Shown in pieces: positions 1-11,576 of a stretch of 64,000 bases of DNA. Each line of letters starts with the position of its first letter. Position 1 is the first letter of the stretch. The stretch lies in the NCBI GenBank assembly GCA_030390025.1, contig CM059431.1:112346001-112410000 (forward strand). The letters are read 5' to 3'. The position numbers and the translations under genes are program-made. Under the pieces are notes generated by a model, which saw only the letters and a list, made by a program, of their open reading frames with translations, was not told where the DNA came from and did no database searches. The DNA is from Squalus acanthias. Lineage: Eukaryota.

Positions 1-741
1 CCCCCCCACCCTCGGCCTTGTCACTGGACAGGGAACCCCAACCAAAATGCACCGCCCCTATCCAGATCCAGAAGCACCGGGATTTCCCGGAGGCACTGTT
101 GGTGCAGCCCTTCCCCCGTCAGGGCCTAGCATGGAAGGGAATTAAAGTTCCAGCTGTCGGTGCAGGTCCAACGTAGAGTTTGCCATCTTCTGGCTGCTGA
201 TGGAGGTCCCTATTACTTGTAGACATCTTGGAGTGGTTAGAAATTAAAAACTACAGCAATCCCTCAGGAAAATAAGGCAGGAGGTCAGTCCCTACCCTGC
301 CACATAACTTGCGTCGCTCCATATAGTAGGTGTAGAGGCAGCTGTGCCTCTGCAGGAAAATCCTGGAAGTCCTGAGGGAATGTAAAAGGGGCGCAGACTC
401 ATCAATACCAGTTCCCCCTCCCCTTTTATTTTGATGTGCTTCACGCCTGGGAAAATGAATGTTCCTCAGTAGCAAGGGTCAGGAAAATTGTCCCTACAGT
501 ATATTCCCTTAGCAATGGCTTGTCTTGTTCTCTTCCTTTTTTTCTGTACTGACATAAATATTCAAAATATTAAATGGATGCTATTCATTTTCATCAAAAC
601 ATTGATTGTAGGATTGTTATGTTTCGACGCACAGTGCACTGGAAATGGATCTAATTATCTACAGCATCCTTCTGAGAGGGAACTTGCATTACATAAACAT
701 TCCATGGGTTAGGTTAAGTAACATTTGTAGTCTGTGGGGGT

Positions 742-1148
742 GTCAGCTTTGCTCAGTTCTGAGTCAGAAGATTGCGGGTTCAAGCACCAGTACAGGTTTG
801 AGCGCTTGCGTCAATGCAGCACATAGGGAGTGCCACCTTTATAAATGAGGGATTTAACCAAGGCACTGTATGCCAGCTCAGGTGGATGTAAAAGGTCCCA
901 TGCCACTATTCTAAGAAGAACAGGGAGTTTTCCTGGTATCCTGGCCATTATTCCTTCCTCAACTAACACAAGCAAAAAAAAAATCTGGCTATTGCTTTGC
1001 TGTTTATGGGACCTTGCTGTGTGCAAAATGACTACCATATTTATTGATATAATGATATAATACGAGTGACTGCACTTAAAAAGTAATCCATTGGTTGCGA
1101 GCCACTTTTGGATATTCTGAGGACATGATAAAGTACAAGTTCTTTCTT
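742..1148 (+). mobile_element. Deu-domain SINE, diverged
   Basis: Collinear but degenerate match to 36852-37323. Confidence 0.75.
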
Positions 1149-2238
1149 TACTTTATATCTGCAGCTCAGATTTAAAGAGATGTGGGCACTTAAGAGCAAT
1201 TGGCCATGTGTGAGAGCAAGAAGTCTATAAAAGTTAACAACTGATTTTAAATAGTAGTTTTTGCAAAGGCTGTATGGGAGAGCGAAGGAGACAAAAAATG
1301 TCCAGCAAGAACAAAATGAAGGCAAACCCAACATGGAGGCAGAAATTGAGTCTGTGGGCAAGTGATGGAGTCACGCAAACTCCTGTTTTCTGGACAAGTG
1401 GCCTGCTGCTTGATGTGGGTGCAAGATTGGTTGCCCTGTTCGGCACTCTCCCGGGGGGATGACAGTGCGCCATGCCAAGTAGGAGGTGGTAGCCAATCTC
1501 AGTGGTTGGCATGCTATTTCCATGACCTAGGAATAGGTATAGGAGAAGATAATACACTTTAAGGAATTATGTAGAGTAACAGTAGCATGTATTAGTTAGA
1601 TAGCCCAAGCCTGCATGTCACAAAGCCTTGCCTGTCAAGTTCCACATTTACTGCTTGCACATACCAAGCCTTCACATGATCTTACAACTCTTTCATTGCA
1701 TCTTATGCACACCCATATTTCAGCAGGACACACAATCAAACTGCAGTTTGCAGTTCAAAACCTTGCTATACTTAAAACCTTTGCAGCACAATGTAACTGC
1801 CTGATGCATGGTTACTTAATGATGTCTGAAAGATGGGCACATCTGGTACTACCTCCTTAAGCTCACTAATTAAGTCCTCTGAGATGGGAGTACCTGACTA
1901 GCTAACTTTATTGTATGTGTGTGAGTGAGAGAGACAGAGACAGAGACACACACGCAGGAAGTTGTGTGCTGTCTTGTTCTGGGCCTCTAGCAGTTTGGCT
2001 GGACTGCTCTCCCAGGCTTACAAAGATAGAAAGAGAACAATGGCTCGAAAGAAACACCTTTAAACAGAGCGAGCTTTGCAAGATACTATATATGATATAA
2101 ATTTTGGTTCTGCCCTCGATTTATAGTTCTGCTAGTTACCTAATGAACTGAGGAAACAAAGACATACGCAAAAACAGAAAGATAATTTAAGTACATTCCA
2201 TGAAAAAAATTTGTGGACAGTAATTATTTAGAGATTGT

Positions 2239-2982
2239 GGGCTAAAAATTCGGTGCCTTAGCGCATCCCATTAGCGCCTCCAGGGGGCAATAATGGGGCG
2301 CTAAGGACTTACCGCCCGGGCGCGGCTATGTTACCGCCACCCGCGAAATTCACCTGGCGGTTTGCAGCGCCGGTAACACCTAGCGCCACGCTCTCCTGCG
2401 CCCGGAGATCGTGACGTCATTCAGCTGTGCAGCTCCCTGGTAGCGCCCGGACCCGAAATTCATTTCTACTCCCTGTAGCATCGCCGGGCGATGACACCGA
2501 CAGCTGCAGGAGGCGTTGATCGGGAGGCTGGATGCTTCGGGGGCGAGACTTAAAGGCAAGGTGGCCGAGGTAGGTTTAAAAAAAAAATCTGAAATTGTGT
2601 TTGCGTTTTTTTTTTCTTTTTGTCGCCAGCCATCGATCAGCCCGGCTCTCTGCTGCAGTGCATCGGGCTGGATCACGGTTGTCGTTGGGAACCAGGTAAG
2701 TTTTTTCCTTGCAGAGCCTGCAGCGAAGGCCCTTCCCTTTAAGGGAGGGAAGGAGCCTTCCAACGTGGCAGCGCTGCACGGCCCAGTGTACAGCGCTACT
2801 CACCTAGCGCCCCGCCTGCTGCCCTCCAGGAATGAAGTGGAGCGCTTGATTTAACACTCCACTTCCTTCCTGGAGCGCAAAACCCAAATTTTTTAAAAGT
2901 TGAGAAACATTAGCGCCTGGCACTAATTTTCTCAACTTTTAAAAGTTAGGGCCCAAACGGGGCTATAATGAATTTCTCCCCC
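2239..2982 (-). mobile_element. Non-autonomous Harbinger element related to 50564-54960
   Basis: Ends GGGCTAAAAATT / AATTTCTCCCCC; both subterminal regions align by eye with the autonomous element; no clean TSD. Confidence 0.8.
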
Positions 2983-3781
2983 ATTAATTTTAATTTCAAA
3001 AGTATAATTTTTTGTCAATGGAAAACATGTGCCGTGTATATTCAATAATCTGCACCCTTTCGACAGTGAGAATAGGTCACCAAGTCAAGAAGAGAAGCTG
3101 GACATAGAACTTTATATTCAAATAAGGGGAGCGTGTTAAAAATCAGGTGTAATTATAGACTACTTCAATTTAGCGGTGTAAATTGGGAGGTCTATCCCAG
3201 GAGTAAAAGAAGTGGAAAATGTTTTTGGACATGATACCAGACGGTTACCCATAACAAGTGGTTAGGGGACCCACAGGGAAAGGGTGTTACTAAACCTGGC
3301 ACAATGTAGCAACCAATATAAGGTAGAGGGGGTTACAATCAGAGAGCACTGTTGCACTTTTGAGTCTTTTTTGCCTTTCTTACCGTAGATACTTTGGCTT
3401 CTGAATTTGAGATCAATTGAATAGGTGAGTCTTACCCCCCTATGTTCTCAGTGGCCCGGATATCTCAGTAACTTTCTGGTAGCTAGCCCAGGTTAACAAA
3501 CAAAAAACCTTCCTGTCTATTGTCTTATTTAGTAGGTCTAGTCACTGCCTTCAAAGGAATTTTCTTCCATCTTTGAAAAGCAGCAGAGCATCACAAAGTC
3601 AGACCTCGTTTTAGACTTAAGCAACAAGTGAATCTATGAACAAAAAGAAAGACTTGGATTTATAGAACGTCTTTCACCACCTCCATGTGGGTCCCCTAAC
3701 CACTTGGTATGAGTAACAGTCTGGTATCATGTCCAAAGCGCTTTACAGCCAATGAAGCACTTTTGAAGCGTAGTCACTGTT

Positions 3782-4023
3782 GGGCAACACGGTGGCATAG
3801 TGGTTAGCACTGGTGCCTCACAGCGCCAGAGACCCGGGTTCGAATCTGACCTCGGGTGACTGTCTGTGTGGAGTTTGCACATTCTCCCCGTGTCTGCGTG
3901 GGTTTCCTCCGGGTGCTCCGGTTTCCTCCCACAGTCCAAAAATGTGCGGGTTAGGTTGATTTGGCTATGATAAATCGACGGGCCGAATGGCCTACTCCTG
4001 CTCCTAGATTCTATGTTTCTATG
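3782..4023 (+). mobile_element. HE1-type V-SINE (elasmobranch), internally shortened, nested in a DeuSINE tail
   Basis: tRNA-derived head with box A TGGCATAGTGG and box B GGTTCGAATC; V-domain GTGTGGAGTTTGCAC..GGGTTTCCTCCGGGTGCTCCGGTTTCCTCCCAC; CR1-like tail. Confidence 0.88.
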
Positions 4024-4112
4024 TAATGTAGGAAACAAAAGATGACTAAGCAAATATTGTAACATAATGCATAAATATATTTACAGGCTTTACATTAATT
4101 TTTTTTTAAATT

Positions 4113-4518
4113 CATTCACAGGATGTGGGTATCGCTGGCAAGGCCAGCATTTATTGCCCATCCCTAATTGCCCTCGAGAAGGTGGTGATGAGCTGCCTTA
4201 TACAACTGAATGGCTTGCTAGGCCATTTCAGAGGGCAGTTAAGAGTCAATTACATTGCTGTGGGTCTGGAGTCACATAGGCCAGACCGGGTAAGGAACAG
4301 CAGGTTTCCTTCCCTAAAGGACATTAGTGAACCAGATGGGTTTTTACAACAATCCAGTAGTTACCATTACTGATACTAGCTTTTTATTCCAGATTTATTT
4401 AACTGAATTTAAATTCCCCAGCTGCCATGGTGGGATTTGAACCCTTGTCTCCAGATCATTAGTCCAGACACCCTGGATTGCTAGTTCAGTAACATTGCCA
4501 TTAAGCTATCATACTCCA
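4113..4518 (-). mobile_element. tRNA-derived SINE of a further family (decayed copy ~32980-33093 plus 34293-34460)
   Basis: Minus-strand GGTTCAAATCCCACC box B near 4430-4445; shared GGAGTCA..TAGGCCAGACC and ATTAGTGA.CCAG blocks. Confidence 0.7.
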
Positions 4519-5408
4519 ATAAATCTTGCAGCAGCATCTGATTTCCCATTCTTCAATCAAGCTCTCAGTGACAGTTGTTTTTCATGCCAGGAACTTCCCT
4601 AATATGTGTGGGACCAAGGCACTACGAGTCTAGCGAGTGCTCTTCTGTATTGATTGAAAAATCAAGGATCTTGAAAAAAAATCTCCAAATAGCAGAGAGG
4701 CTAGAAATCTAGTTTAGCATTAGGGGACCTAGCATTAGGGGACCTTACAAAGACCTAACACTAAATTAATGGTAAAAGTTGACTTGCTGTGGCCCATGAT
4801 CCAATAAAGATAGGTGCATGCAACATATGAAAAAAGCAAAACTAAAATCTATTTTATCTTAGCTGAAGCATATTAGAGATTCTACATACATCGTTAAAAT
4901 AAAAACAAAAATAACTGAAAGTGCTCATCTGTGCTATTATTATCATGAAATGAATGACTTTAAGAGAGAAAAGGTCACTCATACAATTGCCTGAGAGTCT
5001 TGTATAATCAATGATACCCCTTGTATTTTGAAGTGGCCCAATAGCCAACCTCTGCACCATGAAAGTAAGTGCAGCATTGAAATGATTTTGATTATTTTTC
5101 ATTTGAAACAGAAGGGTATCCAAACTATATTTAGCACGTTTTAACGACATCTCATTGTGCAGATTTGTTTGATTACGATTGCTTAAATTATGCATGTTTT
5201 CTTTTTCTTTTCACAAAGCATTAATAGTATTGCTCTGAGCATTGAGGCATTGTTGCCTTTGGCTTTCATTTCAGTTCATTTCCATTCCTCTGTTGGGGTA
5301 AATGTGCTGAATAACTTTTTATTGCAGTAATTTGGGAACTGGCTGATCCAGCTGCAGTGGGAAAGTGGCAGAATTGTACAGGACCTGAGCACTGCAGTTT
5401 CACTTCAT

Positions 5409-5845
5409 CAGCTGTGGCTCAGTGTGTAGCACTCTCGCCTCTGAGTCAGAAGGTTGTGGGTTCAAGTCCCACTCCAGGGACTTGAGCACAAAAATCTAGG
5501 CTGACATTCCAGTGCAGTGCTGAGGGAGTGCTGCACTGTCAGAGGTGCCGTCTTGTTAAACTGAGGCCCCGTCTGCTCTCTCAGGTGGACGTAAAAGATC
5601 ACATAGCCACTATTTCGAAGAAGAGCAGGGGAGTTCTCCGCAGTGTCCTGGCCAATATTTATTCCTCAATCAACATAACAAAACAGATTATCTGGTCTTT
5701 ATCACATTGCTGTTTGTGGGACCTTGCTGTGTGCAAATTGGCTGCCACGTTTCCTACATTACAACAGTGACTACACTCCAAAAGTACTTCATTGGTTGTA
5801 AAGTGCTTTGAGACGTCCATTGGTCGTGAAAGGCGCTATATAAAT
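5409..5845 (+). mobile_element. Deu-domain SINE (SacSINE1/AmnSINE-like); tail resumes 6845-6862
   Basis: Head GTGGCTCAGT..GGTTCAAGTCCC; core GGTGGACGTAAAAGATC..CACATTGCTGTTTGTGGGA; tail GGCGCTATATAAAT. Confidence 0.85.
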
Positions 5846-6844
5846 TGTAGGGGGTGGTGTGGTAGGGGTCAGCCTTACCCCTGACCCAGTGAGCGGTTCG
5901 AATCGCTCCCACGCCCCAGGTTCAAAAACTTGGACTTATTTAGGGGTTGTGAATAAAGATGCAGTAGACAACAGGTTCCGATGAAAGAATTTTTGACTTT
6001 TATTAAAAGTAAAAGGTAACAAACTTAAAACACACTTCACACTTAAACAGGTTGGGGAACACACAGTTACAGGCGAGGGAGAATGACAATATACAAAAAC
6101 CCTTATCCCTCCCAAAAATCCCACTATCTAGCTAGGTTTCGGTTTCAGGAGATCAGGGATAATGCTCACCAAACAGGGGTTTTAACCGTGCGAAATCCAG
6201 CCAGGCAAGTTGATGGTGGTCTGGTCATCGAGTGTCTTCCTTTAATATGCTGCTTCTGGACAGAGCTGAGAGGGAGAGCTGTTCCAGCGTTGTCGGCGAG
6301 TCCAAAAGAGAAAGAGTCTTGGGTCAGGCTGCAATTATAGTCCTTTTTGCGCCCAAAACTCCTCACTAAAACTGGTTTTGTGATGAAGTGATTGGTTTCA
6401 GGTGAGGCCTGTTCATTGTCTTGTTAAGTTTTGATGGGCCTTCAACTATGCTAAACCAAATCAAATCCTGGTCAATTGAAAAACCTCGTTACCAGTAACG
6501 GCTTTTTACTGAGTCAAATGGCTTGCGTCCTGTCGATCTGTTGTTTTATTGAAGTTTGCATTGTCCTCATGTTTTGGGTTTCTTGCTGGGCCTAGCATTC
6601 CTATCTTTATGCGTCTCTTTAATGGTTCCTGTGTTTTGGGTGGGGATGCCTTCTCCCAGGGCCTATTGTCCAAATGTTAATGTTTGCTGGGGCTTGAATT
6701 CCCAGACAATGCAATCCTCAAAACTGCTATTTACAGAGGTTGATCCCACGTGCTGTGCATGTCCAGACATGTTCCTTTAAAGTTCCAAAGTCCTTATTTT
6801 TTCCCTTAGATTTTTGGGGATCTGCAAATTTTGGAAACTTTACA
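5846..6844 (-). mobile_element. Solo LTR, family A copy 1
   Basis: TGTA..TACA; 4-bp TSD AAAT; splits a SINE tail (GCTATATAAAT | GCAAGTCTTTC); minus-strand AATAAA near 6000. Confidence 0.88.
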
Positions 6845-7202
6845 AAATGCAAGTCTTTCTTTCATCGAAAACAAACCTAGACACTGGGTGATTTACAATA
6901 TGAAGCAATTTAACCATAACTTCCTAAAAACTGTGTGTGTGTCTTCCTCCCAGTTAAACTTAGGAGAGGAATAACACAAGAACAAAAATACATATAAAGT
7001 GGAAGTTTAAATAATGGACATTGCAATTCTGCACATAAATTGAATGTATGATCTCTATCGAAAGCAATTCATTCATCTTAAAAAGAAATTAAACCCTATT
7101 ATAAATATAGATATGATTCTTGGGCCATGGAAATGTCACTGATAACAACTGCCGTCGTGGGCAATAGGCAAGGTAACAGCAATGGTCTTGGGAATCACCA
7201 GC

Positions 7203-8690
7203 TGTAGGGGGTGGTGGTTTGTCTCAGCTTCACCTCTGACTTCTGAGTGGTTCGAATCGCTCCCACTCCCTTGGTTCTAGACCTTGGACTTATTTGGGGG
7301 TTGTGACAAAAAGTGCAGCAGACAACTGGTTTTGATGCAAGAACTTTGATCTTTATTCAAGAGAGTAAAACACAACACCAACACTCTTAACACTCTAAAA
7401 GTGGGGAACACTTCGGTACAAATGAGGGAAATAACATTAGAAGAATACTACACCCCTCCCAATCCCACTTTACTCGCTAGGTTGGACTCCAGCGGACCAG
7501 GGATGATACTCACCAGAATCCTTGACAGTTGGGCTGGTTCGCGGTTTTGGGGTTTGCTCTATATGTTGGTTGGTGTCTGCCGTACCCCGTACGTGGTAGA
7601 GGACTTCAACTGCGTATCTGGTCAGTCTTCGCGAGTCCGCTGATGCGGTAGGGTGCGTATTGGATTTATCAGGTGAGTACCCACTTTTCTTTGGTTTAGA
7701 AGTAGGGTTTAGAGTCTTTTAGGGAAAATCTTACCCAGGGGTAAGTCAGGAGTAGATTGTAAAGTGGAAACTTTGCGGACCTTCGGTTTTTCTCCGAGTT
7801 GGTCTTCTTTGGTCGCGGTGGCCCAAATATTAGTGGTGATGTTCGGTTGGTTGTTTTCGTGAGGCCCTTGTTGCCGCGAGGTGTCCGATGGTCACTGAGG
7901 CGGTCGTTCTGGTTGCTTCCATGTGTCGGCCTACTTCGTTGAACGGTCTGGCCTTCGAGCTGTCGACCTCCTGGCTGGATATGGAACGTTGAACGGTGGT
8001 GCTGGAGAACTGTGTTGCGGAGAATGCCTCCGTGGATGACTTGTCCTTCTTCCTTCCTCTTCTTCTTTTTCAGGTTGAGAACGGGCCTTCAATTATACTA
8101 ATTGAAGCTTCCTTATCTGCGCGCCAAATTAGATCCCGGTCATTGTTAGATTTTGGCGGGCTCGTTAACGGTAACTTGTTTGCTAATGTGTGAAGTGGTT
8201 TCGGGATGGCTCCATCCTGTCAATTTGCCACTTAATCGTAGTTGATTGTCCCCAAGTTTTGGGTTTCTTGACTGGGCCTGGGATTTCTATAGAGTAGGCC
8301 GAATTGATCTGTCTTATGCATGTTTTTAATGGGCTCTGTAAATTGGGGTGGAGACTGCTTTTCCTCGGGTTTATTGTAAGGTTGTTAATGTCTGATAGGG
8401 GCCGATTTAACTCCCAGCGAGGTCATGCGGTTCCCCAGACAGTTTCCATTAGCTCCAATACCCAAACTGTCTTTGCAGAGGTTGAACCCACCTTCCTTCA
8501 CAGCCTTTTCTCTCTTACAAGCCCAGACATGTCTTTTAAAATACCAAATCTTGGTTTTTGCTCTAAAATGTCCTTCGGTTAGGCCCAATGCATTTCACCA
8601 CCCTGTAAAAGTGAGAAAAGAGTCCAAAGTCTTTTTCCTTAGGGTTTGTCTTCGAGTTTTGGGGGATCTACAAATTTTGAGAATCTTACA
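7203..8690 (-). mobile_element. Solo LTR, family A copy 2
   Basis: TGTA..TACA; 4-bp TSD CAGC; first ~170 bp homologous to copies 1 and 3. Confidence 0.88.
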
Positions 8691-8959
8691 CAGCTGACAT
8701 TGAAGCTTTCTTTCTGATGCTGGTGAATGCAATCCCATTAGAAACATCCATATCCTTAGTATTCCAAATTACAGTCATGGTTCTATCCACAAGAAGAGGA
8801 ATCCTACCGAGCCTAAAATCTACTGATATCAGTGGCTGTTAAGGCAACTTTTCGGATTGTGTGGCACATCTATCAGATGGCCTGGTGGTGTGTGGAGTAA
8901 TCAGAAAACAATAGGCTTGATTTTGCTTCTATGAGGAATGTATAAGATTACTGTAGGTG

Positions 8960-9140
8960 TTACATGGGATCACAGAGTGCTGTATGGTTCAGGGGACTGA
9001 GTACTGAGCCCTGTGGAGCCCCACTGGAAACAGCCTTCCAGTCACAAAAACACCAGTCGACCATTAGCTTTTGCTTCCTGCCACTGAGCCAATTTTGGAT
9101 CCAACTTGCCACTTTCCCTTGGATCACATGGGCTTTTACT
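8960..9140 (-). mobile_element. Old CR1 RT fragment
   Basis: WIQNWLSGRKQ..SGAPQGSVL. Confidence 0.75.
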
Positions 9141-9319
9141 TTTACATTGCCTTCATTGATTTTCAAAAAACTTTTGTGGCTCTCATAAAGAAACTGGAAA
9201 CTATGGGAATGCATGGTCAAATTTTGGATTTTATCTGGGATGTGTATTCCAGCTCCAAGATGGAAGCAATGGTAGATACGTGACTCATTGAGCCTATCTA
9301 TTTCCAAAGAAGAGTGAAG

Positions 9320-9800
9320 CAAAGTTGTCCACCGTTATCCATCCTATTCAAAGTGTTGAGTGACATCATAAGGTATGTTGTTGGAGTGTCTGTTCCGGAG
9401 TCCCTGAAAGTGCCATAGTGCTGCTTTGAATAGATGACATTGTGGTGTTGGCCCATTCGCCTGGGGATTTACTGTACTCCACCTTCAATCTTGAATGATG
9501 GGCAACCAATGGAATATGGAAAGGAGTGCCCCCACATGGTAGATTATGGTTTTGCATGGCTCAAGAAGAGATAGCAAGGTATTGATTGGATGATGAAAAG
9601 GGCATCTGTTCTAACTATTAATTTGTATCAGAACACTGGGGGTCCAAGTAGATGAGAACTTCAGCTCGGACACAGTCCTTCTTTATCTTTCTTGTTCTTC
9701 TTCAATGACTGCAAAGTACCAATGCAGGTTAAACTAGTGACATATAAAACATTTTAGTACAGTTCTATTTCAAAAGGGCTTCCTGTACAAGATGCAGGTC
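9320..9800 (+). pseudogene. Ancient non-LTR retrotransposon RT remnant, not CR1-like
   Basis: Degenerate LSILFKVLSDI..IDDIVVLAHSPGDL and KLVTYKTF resemble RT motifs; many stops. Confidence 0.4.
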
Positions 9801-11576
9801 AAAGCTATGAGGTGGATGTAAAGCAAAAAAGTAAAGTACAGGGAGAGCTTTCCAGCTAACCCTGACCTATAGCTGATTTCCCTAGAGAGGGAGCCAGCTC
9901 ATGGTAGGCACACCTCTTTGCCAAAGCCTCACATGAGAACCTGAATTAAACAATTGGTGATGAGTAAGCCTGGCATGTGGCACTGGATTTGGATGTCTAG
10001 AACATCAAGGTGGCTTGCATGGCGCAAGCAGCCTTGTGTAAGTCCTTCCACCATGCTGAAACCATTGTAGAGTGAAGACACTTGGAAAGACAGCCACTGG
10101 AAGGCATTACCTGGAGCTGGATAAGAGAACACATGTTCATAAATCTAGGGTGCGGTGCTTACCATGATTGAGTTGCAGATAGGCAAACAGCTGGCAATGA
10201 AACTCTGTATCTCTGAAAGATGCGACCATCATGTGATGCGGTATGCTACGTATTGTGGGGATTCTGTGATTCTGTATCCATGATGAGGTCATCAGTACTG
10301 TGGTAATGCACTCACACGTTTTATGGTGCATTCTGGTGCACACTTGGGATTCCCTAAGCTTTCTAGACTTAGGTCATTTGAAATTCGTTCCAAGCAAACC
10401 AAAACTTTACCTGTGTCGATTTCTCATTAGTTTGATTGGGAGACTCTCAAATATGGTCCACTAACAAGGCTCAAACTCACAGTTGTCTAACTAGTGACTT
10501 TGGGGTTCATGTGGCTCCACAATGACATGCATGGTGATAGAAGTTCAGAACCAAGTCAACTCTCTGTCATGGCCTTGGTATTGCAAAGCCTGAACCAGGC
10601 AGGCTAACAGTACTACAGGTCACCTTTGATGATTGACTAGCCTGTGTGGCTCCCTAATGGAACCTGGAGGAGTAAACCTGTGAGTGAGGACAAGATTCTT
10701 CCTATTCAGCATCAGATAACCCTACAAGCCAATGCCCTAACTGCTAAGTGGTTCTAACTGGACAAGCAGTGGAAAGCTTACCAGTGCTCTAGAATTGCAG
10801 GATTTTAGCTGGTTAAAATTCAGCAGTACGCATGTGCAACACTTGGGATTCCCTAAGCTTTCTAGACTTAGGTCATTTGAAATTTGTTCCAAGCAAACCA
10901 AAACTTTACCTGTGTCGATTTCTCATTAGTTTGATTGGGAGACTCTCAAATATGGTAATGGGTTTCCATGCACAGCAGACACTATGCTGACCAGAAAGAC
11001 AAATCAGACCACCGTAAAACTCTTCTGTCTCAAGTTTGCGAGCAATGAACAGTGAAAGTAACAGCCTGCAGTCCCATGCTCCAACTGATTTCATTGGTTG
11101 ATGCCGACAACATCCAATCCCAGTGAAAAAGGAACATGTATCTCGTGAATTGCCAAGAAGCTGATGTGAGGTGAGGGGGATTTTTGTTTCAGGCTCACAA
11201 TGGACGCGATATTGGTGGTCCCACGGTGCCCACCCAAGGCGGGCATCCTAAATGGATCGGGCCTCATTAAAAATTTTCAGAGGAGATGTGGGCTTGGAAA
11301 ATCAGTCAGCTTCCACACGGAGTGAGCCGGCAGGTAGGGCCTGTTGTTGGGGAGGGTGGGGTGGTGGGGGTTACGGGACACGTTTTGTGGGGTGGGGCGC
11401 GGGGGGGGGGGGGGGGGGGGGGGGGGGAAAGGGAAGGGAGAGTCAAGAACAGGCCGGCAGTGAACCTCCTGATCCCACATCAATCTGTTTTTTAAAAAAA
11501 AACTTACCTTTTTTTTTGTAGCGGCCTTCGGTGGTCCCTTTAAGGGCCGCTGGCCCACGGAAACCCCAGAGGAATG

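Noticed and set aside
3782..3855. tRNA gene
   Set aside because: tRNA-derived SINE head running into V-domain and LINE tail; same for heads at 5409 and 36852
4854..5195. 113-aa minus ORF or small exon
   Set aside because: No recognisable homology; weak splice signals
11401..11427. Long poly-G run
   Set aside because: Simple homopolymer of uncertain length with no further structure
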